Part shown: piece after piece, positions 1 to 9,560 of the stretch | Layout: the number at the start of each line of letters is the position of its first letter | Numbering within the stretch: the stretch's first letter is position 1 | NCBI GenBank assembly: GCA_965221905.1 | Contig: OZ244922.1 | Location: forward strand, 736,001-800,000 | Direction: 5' to 3' | From: Chloroflexota bacterium | GTDB taxonomy: Bacteria; Chloroflexota; UBA11872; VXOZ01 | DNA: 64,000 nucleotides | The notes under the pieces: generated by a model | The model's database searches: none | What the model saw: the letters and a program-made list of their open reading frames with translations, nothing else | What the model was told of the DNA's origin: nothing | Position numbers and translations under genes: made by a program

Positions 1-5
1 CTAAT

Positions 6-2069
6 ATGGCCTGGCTGCCCGATTACGAAGGCGATGATCCTGAAATGCAATCTGTTTCGCAGGCGATGCGTCTCTGGCCGCTGCCTGTACTGCTCATGAT
101 GGGGCAGTCCGACCTGCGGCCGCCGGTACCGGAAGACCTGGTTGCCAGGGCAAAGAAGCTGACCGAAGAAGGCAAGCTGAACTTCACCTTCTCCACCATC
201 ACCGATTTCTTCGAAGCCGCCGAGCGGACCGGCAAGCTGGACGACCTGCCCGTTTACGGCGGTCACGCGCCGTATGGATTCTATTGCATACCGGGGTTTG
301 CGCCGCGCATCTATCTGGAGGCCCGCCATGCCGAAAACGCTCTGGCGAGCGCGGAGAAACTCTCCGCCATCCGCGCATTGGTAGGTCTAGGCGCGTACCC
401 GCGCGCTGAAATCGATCCCGCCTGGGAGGATCTCTACAACTGCCACGACCATAACGTGGGCGGCCGCCATGGCGAGCTCAACGACGACGTGCGCTACAAG
501 ACCGCCGTGCACGCCCGCATGATCGGCATGGAGATTGCCCGGGAAGCGAACGTGCAGTTTGCCACCCACGTCAACTACACGCCGCCCAGCGACGAGGCGC
601 GCACGCTGCTGGTGAGCAACTCGCTCAACTGGGACCGCACCGACGTGGTGCAGGACTACATGGAGTTTGGCGGTGACAACGTCACGGGCATTCGGATCAC
701 TGACGGGCAGGGCAACGAGATGCCGTGTCAGGTCATAAAGGCCCAGAACGCTAGTGAAGACCGCGCCGACAATGCGCGCGTCCGCCGCTCCCGTGTGGAC
801 TTTGCGTTCTTGGCGAAGGACGTGCCGTCGCTTGGTTTCAAGACGTTCTATTTGGAGCCGAGGGTCGGCGCCAGCGACCAGAATACGCGGCGTGGAACGA
901 TGGAGCACGTGGTGGAGAACGACCACTTCCGTCTGGACGTTACCAACGGCATGGTGAAGAGTTTGCAGTGGAAGCGGCCGGACGGTTCCAGCGTTGAGCT
1001 TGCCGCCGAGGCCGACCACTACTTCAACGAGGTGGTGGTGCTTGAAGATCTGCGCACGGACCTGGAAGACGCCCGGGACGAGCAAGCAATGAAAGCCGGG
1101 TATTCTGATGAGGCGCTGGCGCTGCAAGCGAGCGGCGAGAACTGGCTCTCGGGCGCCAATTTCACCGGCAGGGAATGGCGGGCCAGCGACGGCCCCACGC
1201 AGGCGCAGTGGGTTGAGCACGGGCCTATCTGGACTACGATCTGCCTGCGCAGCCATGTGCTCGGCGCGCCGATTGTGCAGAAATTACGGCTTCACAATCT
1301 TGAACCACGGGTTGACCTTATTACTTCCATCGACTGGAACGGCACGAAGAATACGCAGTTGCGAATTGCCCTGCCCTGCAACGTGCCGGAGGGCGAGGTG
1401 ACGTATGAAGTGCCGTTTGGCAACGTGGTCTTTGGCAAGGATGAGATGCCAAACACCTACCGCGGAGACGGCGCCCGCTGGGTGCAGAAGTGGCTGGATG
1501 TTTCGAATGAGGACTACGGTGTAACGCTGGGCACGAGCAACTGTGTGCACGCTATTCACGGTACGACGATCTACCCGACGCCGCTCCGCACGGCCTACTC
1601 CTGCGGCACGCCGTTCTTTGAATACCCAAACACCGGTGTGCATACCTTTCACGCGACACTGGTGCCGCATGACGGCGACTGGCGTGCGGCGAGTGCGGAG
1701 CGCGTGGGCTGGCAGCACTGGAATCCGCTGCAGACCTCCAAGCTGGCCACTGCCACGCCAATGCAGCCGTTTGCGGGCAACACGTTCCTCAACGACCAGG
1801 AGAGCTTCGTGCGCACGGACGCGCCGAACGCGGTCATCACCACCATCCAGGAGCATCCCGATCGCCCCGGCAACTGGCTGCTGCGTCTCTTCGAGGCCCA
1901 CGGCGAGGATGCCACGGTATCGCTACAACTCCCGCGCGCGGTAGAGGCCGCCTGGGTCACCAATCTCATGGGCGATCTAGGCAAAGAGCTTGCGGTCTCC
2001 GGCAGTACGGTCACGGTGCCGTTGGATGCCTATGGAATTGAAACTGTCGCCATTGCCTTTGCAACGTAA
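6..2069 (+). CDS. Glycoside hydrolase family 38 (alpha-mannosidase-like), middle and C-terminal domains; probably 5'-truncated by the window edge
   Basis: AENALASAEKL, CHDHNVGG (cf. QFHD..PG), NSLNWDR, VPSLGFKTF, YEVPFG, QKWLDVS and LRLFEAHG are GH38 hallmarks; frame is open at the window start. Confidence 0.8.
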   Translation: MAWLPDYEGDDPEMQSVSQAMRLWPLPVLLMMGQSDLRPPVPEDLVARAKKLTEEGKLNFTFSTITDFFEAAERTGKLDDLPVYGGHAPYGFYCIPGFAPRIYLEARHAENALASAEKLSAIRALVGLGAYPRAEIDPAWEDLYNCHDHNVGGRHGELNDDVRYKTAVHARMIGMEIAREANVQFATHVNYTPPSDEARTLLVSNSLNWDRTDVVQDYMEFGGDNVTGIRITDGQGNEMPCQVIKAQNASEDRADNARVRRSRVDFAFLAKDVPSLGFKTFYLEPRVGASDQNTRRGTMEHVVENDHFRLDVTNGMVKSLQWKRPDGSSVELAAEADHYFNEVVVLEDLRTDLEDARDEQAMKAGYSDEALALQASGENWLSGANFTGREWRASDGPTQAQWVEHGPIWTTICLRSHVLGAPIVQKLRLHNLEPRVDLITSIDWNGTKNTQLRIALPCNVPEGEVTYEVPFGNVVFGKDEMPNTYRGDGARWVQKWLDVSNEDYGVTLGTSNCVHAIHGTTIYPTPLRTAYSCGTPFFEYPNTGVHTFHATLVPHDGDWRAASAERVGWQHWNPLQTSKLATATPMQPFAGNTFLNDQESFVRTDAPNAVITTIQEHPDRPGNWLLRLFEAHGEDATVSLQLPRAVEAAWVTNLMGDLGKELAVSGSTVTVPLDAYGIETVAIAFAT

Positions 2070-2106
2070 AGGCGTAGATTGCTGCCATTAACATAGGACT
2101 TGAGGC

Positions 2107-2146
2107 AGGAATGAGGGAGCGCAGTCTTGCGCCCCCTCATTCCTCA
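2107..2146 (+). terminator. Hairpin after GH38 gene (putative terminator)
   Basis: aggaatgagggagcgca...tgcgccccctcattcct inverted repeat. Confidence 0.45.
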
Positions 2147-2329
2147 TGTGTCCCTATTTCTGGACGACAGTTACCGTAACTACACCCATTGAAACTGTAC
2201 GAAAAGCTCTTTGCCTATCGCCGTTCATGGTTCAGCCCAAGGACAAGCTCAGGTTAGGCACTGATTTGGCGTCTTTGATGAAGTTAGCTAAGGTACCTCA
2301 TCTCGAAGCAAAGAAGCAACTTCAGTCAA

Positions 2330-2394
2330 GAGTGTCAGTATCCGTGTACCCTTCGACCCTTCGGCAGGTTCAGGGCGAACGGATACTGACACTC
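2330..2394. repeat. Palindromic element (family D core) flanked by 15-bp inverted repeat gagtgtcagtatccg/cggatactgacactc
   Basis: Seen directly; the core ccttcgac..ggttcagggcgaacgg recurs elsewhere. Confidence 0.75.
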
Positions 2395-2399
2395 GCCCT

Positions 2400-2740
2400 C
2401 TGAGCGTTCCGGGACGGGTTGCAGTCGGAATGGTTGGAAGCGCGGGTAGGTAAGCGTGCGCCATAGCCATTCCACCGGCCCGAACTGAAAATGCCGCAGC
2501 CACCATACGCTCAACTGTATCTGGACGCCAAAGATGGCAACCGTAATTAGGAGGCCGAGCGCGGGCCCCACCTGTCCGAAGAGGCCGAAACCATAGCCGT
2601 AGAAGAGTGTGGTCGCGACAAGTGACTGCAACAAATAGTTGCTCAAGGCCATGCGCCCGACCGCAGCCAGCGGGCGCAGACGCGCTAGCCAGGCCTCGTT
2701 CTGCAACAGCAGCGTCAGCGCGGCGATGTAACTCTGCGCA
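2400..2740 (-). pseudogene. DUF418 (YeiB-like) membrane protein, C-terminal fragment only
   Basis: AVGRMALSNYLLQS...WLRHFQFGPVEWLWRTLTY matches the C-terminus of the intact paralog at 17257-18420; N-terminal part is absent and the frame runs on into a repeat. Confidence 0.75.
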
Positions 2741-2991
2741 AGTGGGACTCCTGCGACCTGGGCGTCTTGGGAGTTAGCGTATAGTAGGGTGTGATGACGC
2801 TTCTTGTTTCTACGAGCTAACGAGGTTCCTAAAATGTAAGCACGTGCTACCACAGACGGCGCGCCGGCGAACTATGACGGCCAAAAGGCGTACCGATTGC
2901 CGGCAATTACCGAGGGCGCTGGTGCGAGCATAGACGAGAATCTTGAATAAAATGTGAATGCCGGCCAAACAAGACTGAGGAGTTTATTGAA

Positions 2992-3294
2992 ATGGAGATA
3001 GAAGTCAAGCCGCGCGCGGTGCCGAAGGAAGTCGATTCGCTGCTAAAGGGCCTTGCCGCAGACCTGCCCCCGGCGGCAGCGGCCATGATGCTGTCGAATA
3101 TTGCTAATCGTGCGACTGCCGTGCTCCATAAGCTGGCGCGCGAGCAAGGCAAAGCGAACAAGGGCCAACCCAACTGGGGCCGCTGGGCCAGTCTGACCAA
3201 CGTCTCCCGTGACGCTGTGCTGCGCACGGCCACCTGCCGCGACACCACAACGCAACTGTACCAACAGGAGACTGCGGAAGACGCCGCCGAGTGA
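2992..3294 (+). CDS. Hypothetical protein (100 aa, helical)
   Basis: GAGGAG RBS upstream and genome-typical codon usage; no recognised family. Confidence 0.65.
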   Translation: MEIEVKPRAVPKEVDSLLKGLAADLPPAAAAMMLSNIANRATAVLHKLAREQGKANKGQPNWGRWASLTNVSRDAVLRTATCRDTTTQLYQQETAEDAAE

Positions 3295-3382
3295 GCCGGG
3301 TGCAGGATAAGGTCTTGCAGACGACAGGCGCTGAATGACCAACGGTTGGGACTGATCTCCTGCTTGGCGCAAAGCGTCCATG

Positions 3383-3670
3383 CCGTTCGCCCTGAGCTTG
3401 GTCAAGGGGTGAACGTACAGGAGAAACTCACTGGCGGGAGTGAAGTCTTCCCCGGCCATGCTTCGGCCCTTCGTCAAGCTCAGGACAGGCAAGCTCAGCA
3501 CTAACGAGAAAGGAGCAAGCGGGGAACGAAGCACACTGACACTCTCCTGAGCGCACAGCGCTCTCGCTTCGATAGGCTCAATACGAACGGAAGAGGAGCA
3601 GCGGGGAGCGAAGCAAACTGATACTCTCCTGAGCGCATGGCACTCTCGCTTCGACAGGCTCAAGGCAGGC
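3383..3670. repeat. Cluster of family-D palindromes plus an ~83-bp-period direct duplication (3511-3581 / 3594-3663)
   Basis: aggagca(a)gcgggga.cgaagca.actga.actctcctgagcgca...ctctcgcttcga.aggctcaa occurs twice. Confidence 0.75.
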
Positions 3671-3842
3671 AGGCTAGCGCGACCGAAGCAGGGACGATGA
3701 CCGCATTCAATTGGCGCTCTAGTGCATGAGCATTGCCGTAGGAAGTGTGCATAATCGGCCACTAAATCGCACCCGTACTGCCGCGTGCTCGGGGGTTTCT
3801 TGCAGATCTTCTCGCATGCGGCAGGCATCGTAATCCAGAAGT

Positions 3843-3851
3843 TGGTATAAT
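3843..3851 (+). promoter_or_regulatory. Extended -10 promoter (TGgTATAAT) upstream of rpsT
   Basis: Consensus TGnTATAAT ~65 bp before the start. Confidence 0.5.
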
Positions 3852-3913
3852 GGGCGAAATGAGCGTAATATGTCGTCACGACATGGTAAAGAGAGCCGAG
3901 GAGACACGAGAAA

Positions 3914-4189
3914 TTGCCCAAGAAACGTGCCGATCCCAAGCGCGCCCGTCGTCAGGAGCAGCGGCGCTTGCGTAACCGTTCCGTGCGCACCAGCTTGAAG
4001 ACCCTTAACCGGAAAGCATCGGATGCAATTGAAGAGGGTGATCAAGAAAACGCGCAGGAGGCCGTATTGCTGGCTTGCGCCCGCTACGACCGCGCCGCCC
4101 GCAAGGGTGTGATTCACACCAACAACGCTGCCAGGCATAAATCGCAGCTTGCGCGCAGGTTTAACCAGGCGTTTAGCACAGCCGGCTAG
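3914..4189 (+). CDS. rpsT: 30S ribosomal protein S20
   Basis: KRARRQ..RRLRNRSVRTSLKT...DRAARKGVIHTNNAARHKSQL; GAGGAG RBS. Confidence 0.97.
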   Translation: MPKKRADPKRARRQEQRRLRNRSVRTSLKTLNRKASDAIEEGDQENAQEAVLLACARYDRAARKGVIHTNNAARHKSQLARRFNQAFSTAG

Positions 4190-4229
4190 AGTTAACCGCG
4201 CTGCTTCAAGACCAAGTAAGAATCTTCTG

Positions 4230-4274
4230 CCTCGCGCCTACCGCTTGACGGGAAGCGCGAGGTTCGGTTTTTCT
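4230..4274 (+). terminator. Intrinsic terminator of rpsT
   Basis: cctcgcgc...gcgcgagg stem followed by a T-run. Confidence 0.65.
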
Positions 4275-4337
4275 ATGCGATCATTTAGATAGCTACCGGA
4301 ATCACGCCGGCTAGAATGTGCCTTGTCGGCGCGATTG

Positions 4338-5312
4338 CTAGCGTTTGCTGGCGATGGAGCACAACCCAATCACGAGCAGGTCCAGCGCGGTGGCCGGATC
4401 AAGCTTGCTGCGCTTGATAGCAAAGTCGGTGCGCGCGACGTGGGCGTGGATCGCTGCCAACTGGTCGACGCTGAAGCGACGCGCTTGGGAGATGACGCGG
4501 TTGACCGCTCGCGGCGGCGCCCGCGTGAGGCCGATGGCGCGCGCCACCTCATTAGGCGCCTGCTCGGTGCGCAAAGCGTGTTTGGCCCGGAGAACGAGGC
4601 GGAATTGGCGGGCAATCATCACCAGCACGTAACCGGGTTCCTGGTTCGGCAGATCGTGGAGGAGCGCCAACGCTTGCCGTCGTCTGCCGTCGGCTACCGC
4701 GTCCGCAAAGGCAAAGATGTTCGATTCCCGCGACTGCGGCACCAGCAGATGAACGTCTTCTTCGCTGATCGTGCCCGTGCGGTTTCGGTAGAGCGCTAGC
4801 TTGGCAAGCTCTTGCTCAATGGTGTCCCGGTCGGGCAGCACTGCTGCCAGGTGCTCCGCCGCACGGTGGTTAATGCTGCAGCCGAACCGGGGCGCGTTTG
4901 CTTCGATCCAGGAAACCTGCGGCGCTCCTCTGCGTTGGTCGGCAGTATCTACCGTTGCCTGCGGAAGCTCCCGCAGCGCCTTGGTGAGCGCGGTGGTCTC
5001 TCTCCCACGGGGCAAGGCATTATCCACCAGTACCAGGGCGCAGTGGTCAGGGACATGCGGTAAGTACGCGAGTAGCCCGTCGCGCAACGGCTTCTCCTTG
5101 AGGCAACGGCTCAAGAGGCCGCGCACGTTGACGAGCTTCGCGCCACCCATGAACGGCCAGGTGTCGCAGTGCACCTGCAGGGCCTCCATGTCGATGACAT
5201 CGCCATCCAAGACCACGCGATTGAGGTCGGCGATAGCCCCTATATCCGCCGCGAGCTTCGCGACTGCCTCCTGGATGGTGCCTTTGCTGTGTCCGATGTA
5301 ACAGCGGATCAT
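4338..5312 (-). CDS. holA: DNA polymerase III delta subunit
   Basis: PFMGGAKLVNV, QELAKLALY, NIFAFADAV, IARQFRL, D.AIK; convergent with rpsT as is typical. Confidence 0.9.
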   Translation of the reverse strand: MIRCYIGHSKGTIQEAVAKLAADIGAIADLNRVVLDGDVIDMEALQVHCDTWPFMGGAKLVNVRGLLSRCLKEKPLRDGLLAYLPHVPDHCALVLVDNALPRGRETTALTKALRELPQATVDTADQRRGAPQVSWIEANAPRFGCSINHRAAEHLAAVLPDRDTIEQELAKLALYRNRTGTISEEDVHLLVPQSRESNIFAFADAVADGRRRQALALLHDLPNQEPGYVLVMIARQFRLVLRAKHALRTEQAPNEVARAIGLTRAPPRAVNRVISQARRFSVDQLAAIHAHVARTDFAIKRSKLDPATALDLLVIGLCSIASKR

Positions 5313-5388
5313 CGCTGTGCCCTTCTCGATGAATGCCTATCTGGGGACAGGCCTGTGCCTGAGTCCGTTACGTTGCGTCGAATCTTCA

Positions 5389-5503
5389 TGTCGTTCCGAG
5401 CGCAGCGGCGAACCAGAGTTCGAGAAATCTAGAGCGTGAGATGTAAGATCTTCCGCCGCGGAGTTTATCCTGAGCCTGCCGAAGGGCTCCTCAGAGAATG
5501 ACA
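5389..5503. repeat. Composite repeat (family F, tgtcgttccgagcgcagcg...agaatgaca) with a nested family-D core
   Basis: Termini resemble the element at 30625-30735; internal tcctgagcctgccgaaggg. Confidence 0.6.
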
Positions 5504-5549
5504 GGTCGAGCAGCCACACTTTACTTGCGCCTGCCTTCTGTTCCACGTT

Positions 5550-6287
5550 TCAACACTGCCTCAACATCCCACCGGCAATCAGAGGCGGCACTTCCGAAAG
5601 CTGAGTGACGGTGGGAGCGGTAACCGTCTGCTCAGAGCGCGTGCGATTTAGCCAAATACAGTGCCAACCTGCCGAAATTGCACCACCAACGTCTGCCTGA
5701 GGGTTGTCCCCGATGAAGAGCAGTTCGCTGGGTTTGAGGCCCAATTCCTCAGCACTTCGTTCGAAAATCTCCCGCTGCGGCTTGGCCACACCAATGTCTC
5801 CCGAGATAACGACGGAAGTAAAATTCTCAGCAATACCTGTTCGCTGTAGCTTTTGCCGTTGCTGATTGCCGTCGCCGTTGGTGATCAGGCCCAAGGGGTA
5901 CGCCGAGAGCGCCTCAAGGCAGGGCAATACGTCAGGATAGAGCGACCAGCTATCCTCGTACAAAGCGAGGTAGCGTGCGAAAATGTCGCTCACTTCTTCG
6001 TCGGTGAGCGGCTGGCTGTCGGGTTCGGAATCTTGCTGCATTGCGAGTACCTGCTGTACCCGCCAGGTGCGCTGCGCGGCAAAGGTCAATTCACCTGCTA
6101 CATAGCGTTGCCAGCCACGCTCCGCCGCTGCATGCCAAGCGGCGGCAAAGTCTGGAAAGGCAAGCCACCGCTGCGGCTCATTCCCACCAGCAAGAAGTGT
6201 GGGATAGAGTCTGGACAACGCCGCAAGTTCGGCGGCGTCATGGTCGAGCAGCGTACCATCCAGATCAAAGACAATTCCGCGAATCAT
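5550..6287 (-). CDS. HAD family hydrolase (YjjG/YfnB-like)
   Basis: FDLDGTL, ITNG, KP, IGDNPQADVGGA motifs I-IV. Confidence 0.92.
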   Translation of the reverse strand: MIRGIVFDLDGTLLDHDAAELAALSRLYPTLLAGGNEPQRWLAFPDFAAAWHAAAERGWQRYVAGELTFAAQRTWRVQQVLAMQQDSEPDSQPLTDEEVSDIFARYLALYEDSWSLYPDVLPCLEALSAYPLGLITNGDGNQQRQKLQRTGIAENFTSVVISGDIGVAKPQREIFERSAEELGLKPSELLFIGDNPQADVGGAISAGWHCIWLNRTRSEQTVTAPTVTQLSEVPPLIAGGMLRQC

Positions 6288-6563
6288 TGATTCACCTTGG
6301 TTTTCAGTTCACGTAGGGAATTCTAACTCCAAAGAGGAAGCCGCAACGAATTGCCTTAGGCCCGGCGCTCAATGCCTTGTCTAAGTGTCAAAGCCGAATC
6401 GGCAAAATGGTTGGAAACTCTTCCTCAACATTTCAGAGAGAGAGCATCTCTTATATATGGTACATTTTGTCGGAATGCAGTAACAGTCGCTTTCAATAGA
6501 CAAGAGAGTACATGGCAGGGCCATTCGAGATTCGCGACCCGATTCATGGCTTTATCGAGTTAG

Positions 6564-7749
6564 GAAAGGTCTGAGCAAGTCGGGATATGCATCGGTTTAT
6601 GGGTATGTGCGGGATTGTGGGGTGGTTTGAGGTGTGTCTTGGCATGTGGGAGGGGCTGTTTTGGCTTTGATGCGGTCCCGTTGGAAGCGCAATACGCTCC
6701 TGGCCGTGTTTTGGGCGCACTGCTCCCGTGTCATGTTGCCAACTGGCGTGCGGCCGTCATCACATTGGTCAGCCCCAGCAGCAACGCCAGCCGTTGCCTG
6801 TTCTTGGACAGACCCCGGTAGCGCACCGTGGCGTAGCCGAAGTGCCGCTTCACCCACAGGAACGGATGCTCTACTTTGGCCCTAACCGATGCTTTGCGCT
6901 GCTCTGCCAGCGCCGCCGCGCTCTCAGGCGCCAGTTTCCGCCGCAGCCCCGGCTTGAGCGCCACCTGCCACGCTACGGCGCGCCCCTGATGCTCCGGTCG
7001 CTTCTGCACCCCCACGTACCCGGCGTCTCCCCACACCTGCTGCTCTGCGCCGTGCAGCAACGCCGCCGCTTGCGTTACGTCGTGCACGTTGGCCGATGTG
7101 GTGGTGAAGCTATGCACGAGCCCCGTCTGTGCGTCGACGCCGATGTGCAGCTTCATCCCAAAGTAATACTGGTTCCCCTTCTTCACCTGCCGCATCGCCG
7201 GGTCTCGCTCCCCCTCTCGGTTCTTCGTCGATGTCGGCGCCGCGATGATGGTCGCGTCCACTACCGTCCCCGCTCGCAGCCGCAAGCCCCGACCTGCCAA
7301 ATGCGCGTTGATCTCCGCCAACAACCCCTCTCCTAACCGGTGCTTCTCCAGCAAATGCCGAAAGTGCAGAATAGTCGTCTCGTCCGGCAGCGCCTCTGAC
7401 AGCCGCAGCCCCACGAACCGCCGCACCGGTTCTACCTCGTACAGCATGTCCTCCATCCCAGGATCGCTCAGGTTGTAGAACAACTGCACGCAGTGTATCC
7501 GCAGCATTACCGACAAGGGATACGGCCGCCGCCCCCGCCCTGGCTTGGGATAGTACGGCGCAATGCGCGCCTCCATCTCCGCCCACGGGAGCAGCGCGTC
7601 CATCCGCTCCAAGAACTTCTCCCGGCGCGTCTTGCGCTTCTTCTGCGCGTACTCCAAGTCGGCAAACGTCGGTTGCTCCATTACCCAGCTCCTCACCGTA
7701 TCCTGCTTTCTTGCTATGATACTATGCCAGGGACTTGTTCAGAGTTTTC
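6564..7749 (-). mobile_element. Complete IS5-family insertion sequence (1186 bp)
   Basis: Imperfect 18-bp terminal IRs gaaaggtctgagcaagtc (6564-6581) and gacttgttcagagttttc (7732-7749); TTAG duplication at 6560-6563 and 7750-7753. Confidence 0.93.
6731..7681 (-). CDS. IS5 family (IS5 subgroup) DDE transposase
   Basis: KRKTRREKFLERMD, LPDETTILHFRHLLE, VDATII, YFGMKLHIGVD, WGDAGY, RAKVEHPF; GAGGAG RBS before ATG 7681. Confidence 0.96.
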   Translation of the reverse strand: MEQPTFADLEYAQKKRKTRREKFLERMDALLPWAEMEARIAPYYPKPGRGRRPYPLSVMLRIHCVQLFYNLSDPGMEDMLYEVEPVRRFVGLRLSEALPDETTILHFRHLLEKHRLGEGLLAEINAHLAGRGLRLRAGTVVDATIIAAPTSTKNREGERDPAMRQVKKGNQYYFGMKLHIGVDAQTGLVHSFTTTSANVHDVTQAAALLHGAEQQVWGDAGYVGVQKRPEHQGRAVAWQVALKPGLRRKLAPESAAALAEQRKASVRAKVEHPFLWVKRHFGYATVRYRGLSKNRQRLALLLGLTNVMTAARQLAT

Positions 7750-8990
7750 TTAGATGAATGGGAGCGCGATATAGTCAATCATCCAGTGTTTCAGCGCTTG
7801 CGCCGAATTCGCCAATTGGGACTGACGGACATGGTCTATCCCGGAGCAACGCACTCTCGATTCGAACACTCGCTCGGCGTCATGCACGTTGCCACGAGGA
7901 TGTTCGAAGCGATCGTGGATCGTAGGCGGGATTTTCTTAGAGCCGCGTACAAATACGATGATGCGGGGCTTGCCCGGGACAAAAGGATTCTCAGACTAGC
8001 AGCATTGCTGCATGACGTAGGCCACGCTCCCTTCTCACATGGTGGCGAGGGCTTGATGCCGGAGATTGAAAAAGATAGGCAATTTGGGCATGAGCAATAC
8101 TCGGCTGCTATAGTCGCTAACTTGATGAGAGACGTGATTGAAAGCCATCCCCTCAATCAAAACCATGAGATAAAGGCGCAAGACATTGCAGATTTCTTAG
8201 AAGGCAAGGCATCTGTAGGTCGACGTCTGCTTTGGGCGAATCTGGTTGACGGGCAGTTGGACGCCGATCGCGCTGATTATCTCTTAAGAGACTCACACCA
8301 CATTGGTGTGACTTATGGGCACTTCGATCTGCAGAGACTGCTAACAACACGAACTGTTGTGGAGGATTCGGATCGCGGATCGCCTGCCTTAGCCGTCGAA
8401 GAAGGAGGCCTACATGCTGCCGAAGGCCTGATCATCGCGCGTTACATGATGTTTACACAGGTTTATTTTCATCGAGTTCGACGCGCGTACGACCGCCACT
8501 TGGCTGGAGCTTTGCGAATGTTGCTCGAGCAATCTGGGGGTTTCTTTCCTCCACCTATAGGCGAGAAGAATCTTGGGGAATTCATTGAGTGGGAGGATTG
8601 GCGTGTCTTGGGGCGACTTGCATCAAGAGATGGCGGTTCGGATGGAGAGATCATCCGATCTCGAAACCATGACCGCTGCGTATTCGAAACGCCCGAATCA
8701 CCGGAACTTAAGGATCGGGAGCTTCTAGCGGAAATTCGAGTGGAATTAGCTGATAGAATAAGCTTTGTAGATACAGCAGAGAAGTCCCTGTATAAGTTCG
8801 ACAACTCAGAAGTGTGGATCCTCCGCGACGCTAGGCGGGGAACGGATAGCGTCGACAGTCTTTCCAATTTGTCCTCGGTAGTTAGAGGTCTAAGGGCAGT
8901 AAATCAACGTCGCTTGTATGTGCCTATGGCACAACGTGACCACTGCCGGAAGGTCGTTGAACGTTTGACGGGAAATCGGGAGTAGTTTAA

Positions 8991-9560
8991 ATGAAAACGG
9001 ACTTACGCTTAGAATGGGAAAGATACGCGCTAATTGTAGAATTAGCAAAGCGCCTCCAAGGCAATAGCTGGCAATTTGGCAAAACGGCGCTGCAAAAGCT
9101 CATCTACCTCTTACAGGAAGTGTACAACGTAGACTGTGGCTATGAATTTCGTCTCTACACCTATGGGCCGTTCACGTCGCAAGTGTTGCAGGACCTTGAT
9201 CTGGTCGAATCGTTTGGTGGGGTCAAAGTCATCCCTAAGCGCGAGGGTCTTGATGGTTATCAAATAGAGCCAAATGGTAACTGCGAACGCGTTAAGGAGA
9301 AGGCGACAAATTATCTAGATGAAATTAGCGATGACTTAGACACACTAATCTCAGAGTATGGCCGCTTTTCTGCCAAAGAACTAGAGATGCGGGCAACGAT
9401 AGTCTTTGTGGAACGAGAGATGAATAGAGACCATGGCTCAGTATTGAGAGAGGCACTCGTGCGGGTAGTAAGCGACATCAAGCCCTACTTCACCGAGGAG
9501 GAGATTGAAGCTGCCGTGGAAGAGCTCCAAGCGAAGGGACATTTGGAGGTGGCAGGGTGA
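8991..9560 (+). CDS. YwgA-like / Panacea (SocA, DUF4065)-like protein
   Basis: GKTALQKLIYLLQ...F..YTYGPF...KELEMRATIVFV; 5 bp after the HD gene. Confidence 0.7.
   Translation: MKTDLRLEWERYALIVELAKRLQGNSWQFGKTALQKLIYLLQEVYNVDCGYEFRLYTYGPFTSQVLQDLDLVESFGGVKVIPKREGLDGYQIEPNGNCERVKEKATNYLDEISDDLDTLISEYGRFSAKELEMRATIVFVEREMNRDHGSVLREALVRVVSDIKPYFTEEEIEAAVEELQAKGHLEVAG

Larger units (their letters stand above)
6512..8985 (+). pseudogene. HD-domain dNTP triphosphohydrolase-like gene (SAMHD1/YwfO family), interrupted by IS5; segments 6512-6563 and 7754-8985
   Basis: Removing the IS and one TTAG restores MAGPFEIRDPIHGFIELDEWERDIVNHPVFQRLRRIRQLG...HSRFEHSLG...LLHDVGHAPFSH...DADRADYLLRDS (427 aa). Confidence 0.92.

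Noticed and set aside
3043-3939. 298-aa minus-strand ORF
   Set aside because: Runs through repeats and antisense to real genes; no protein-like features
7735-7753. Native start of the HD protein
   Set aside because: Lies within the IS5 inverted repeat; the real start is at 6512
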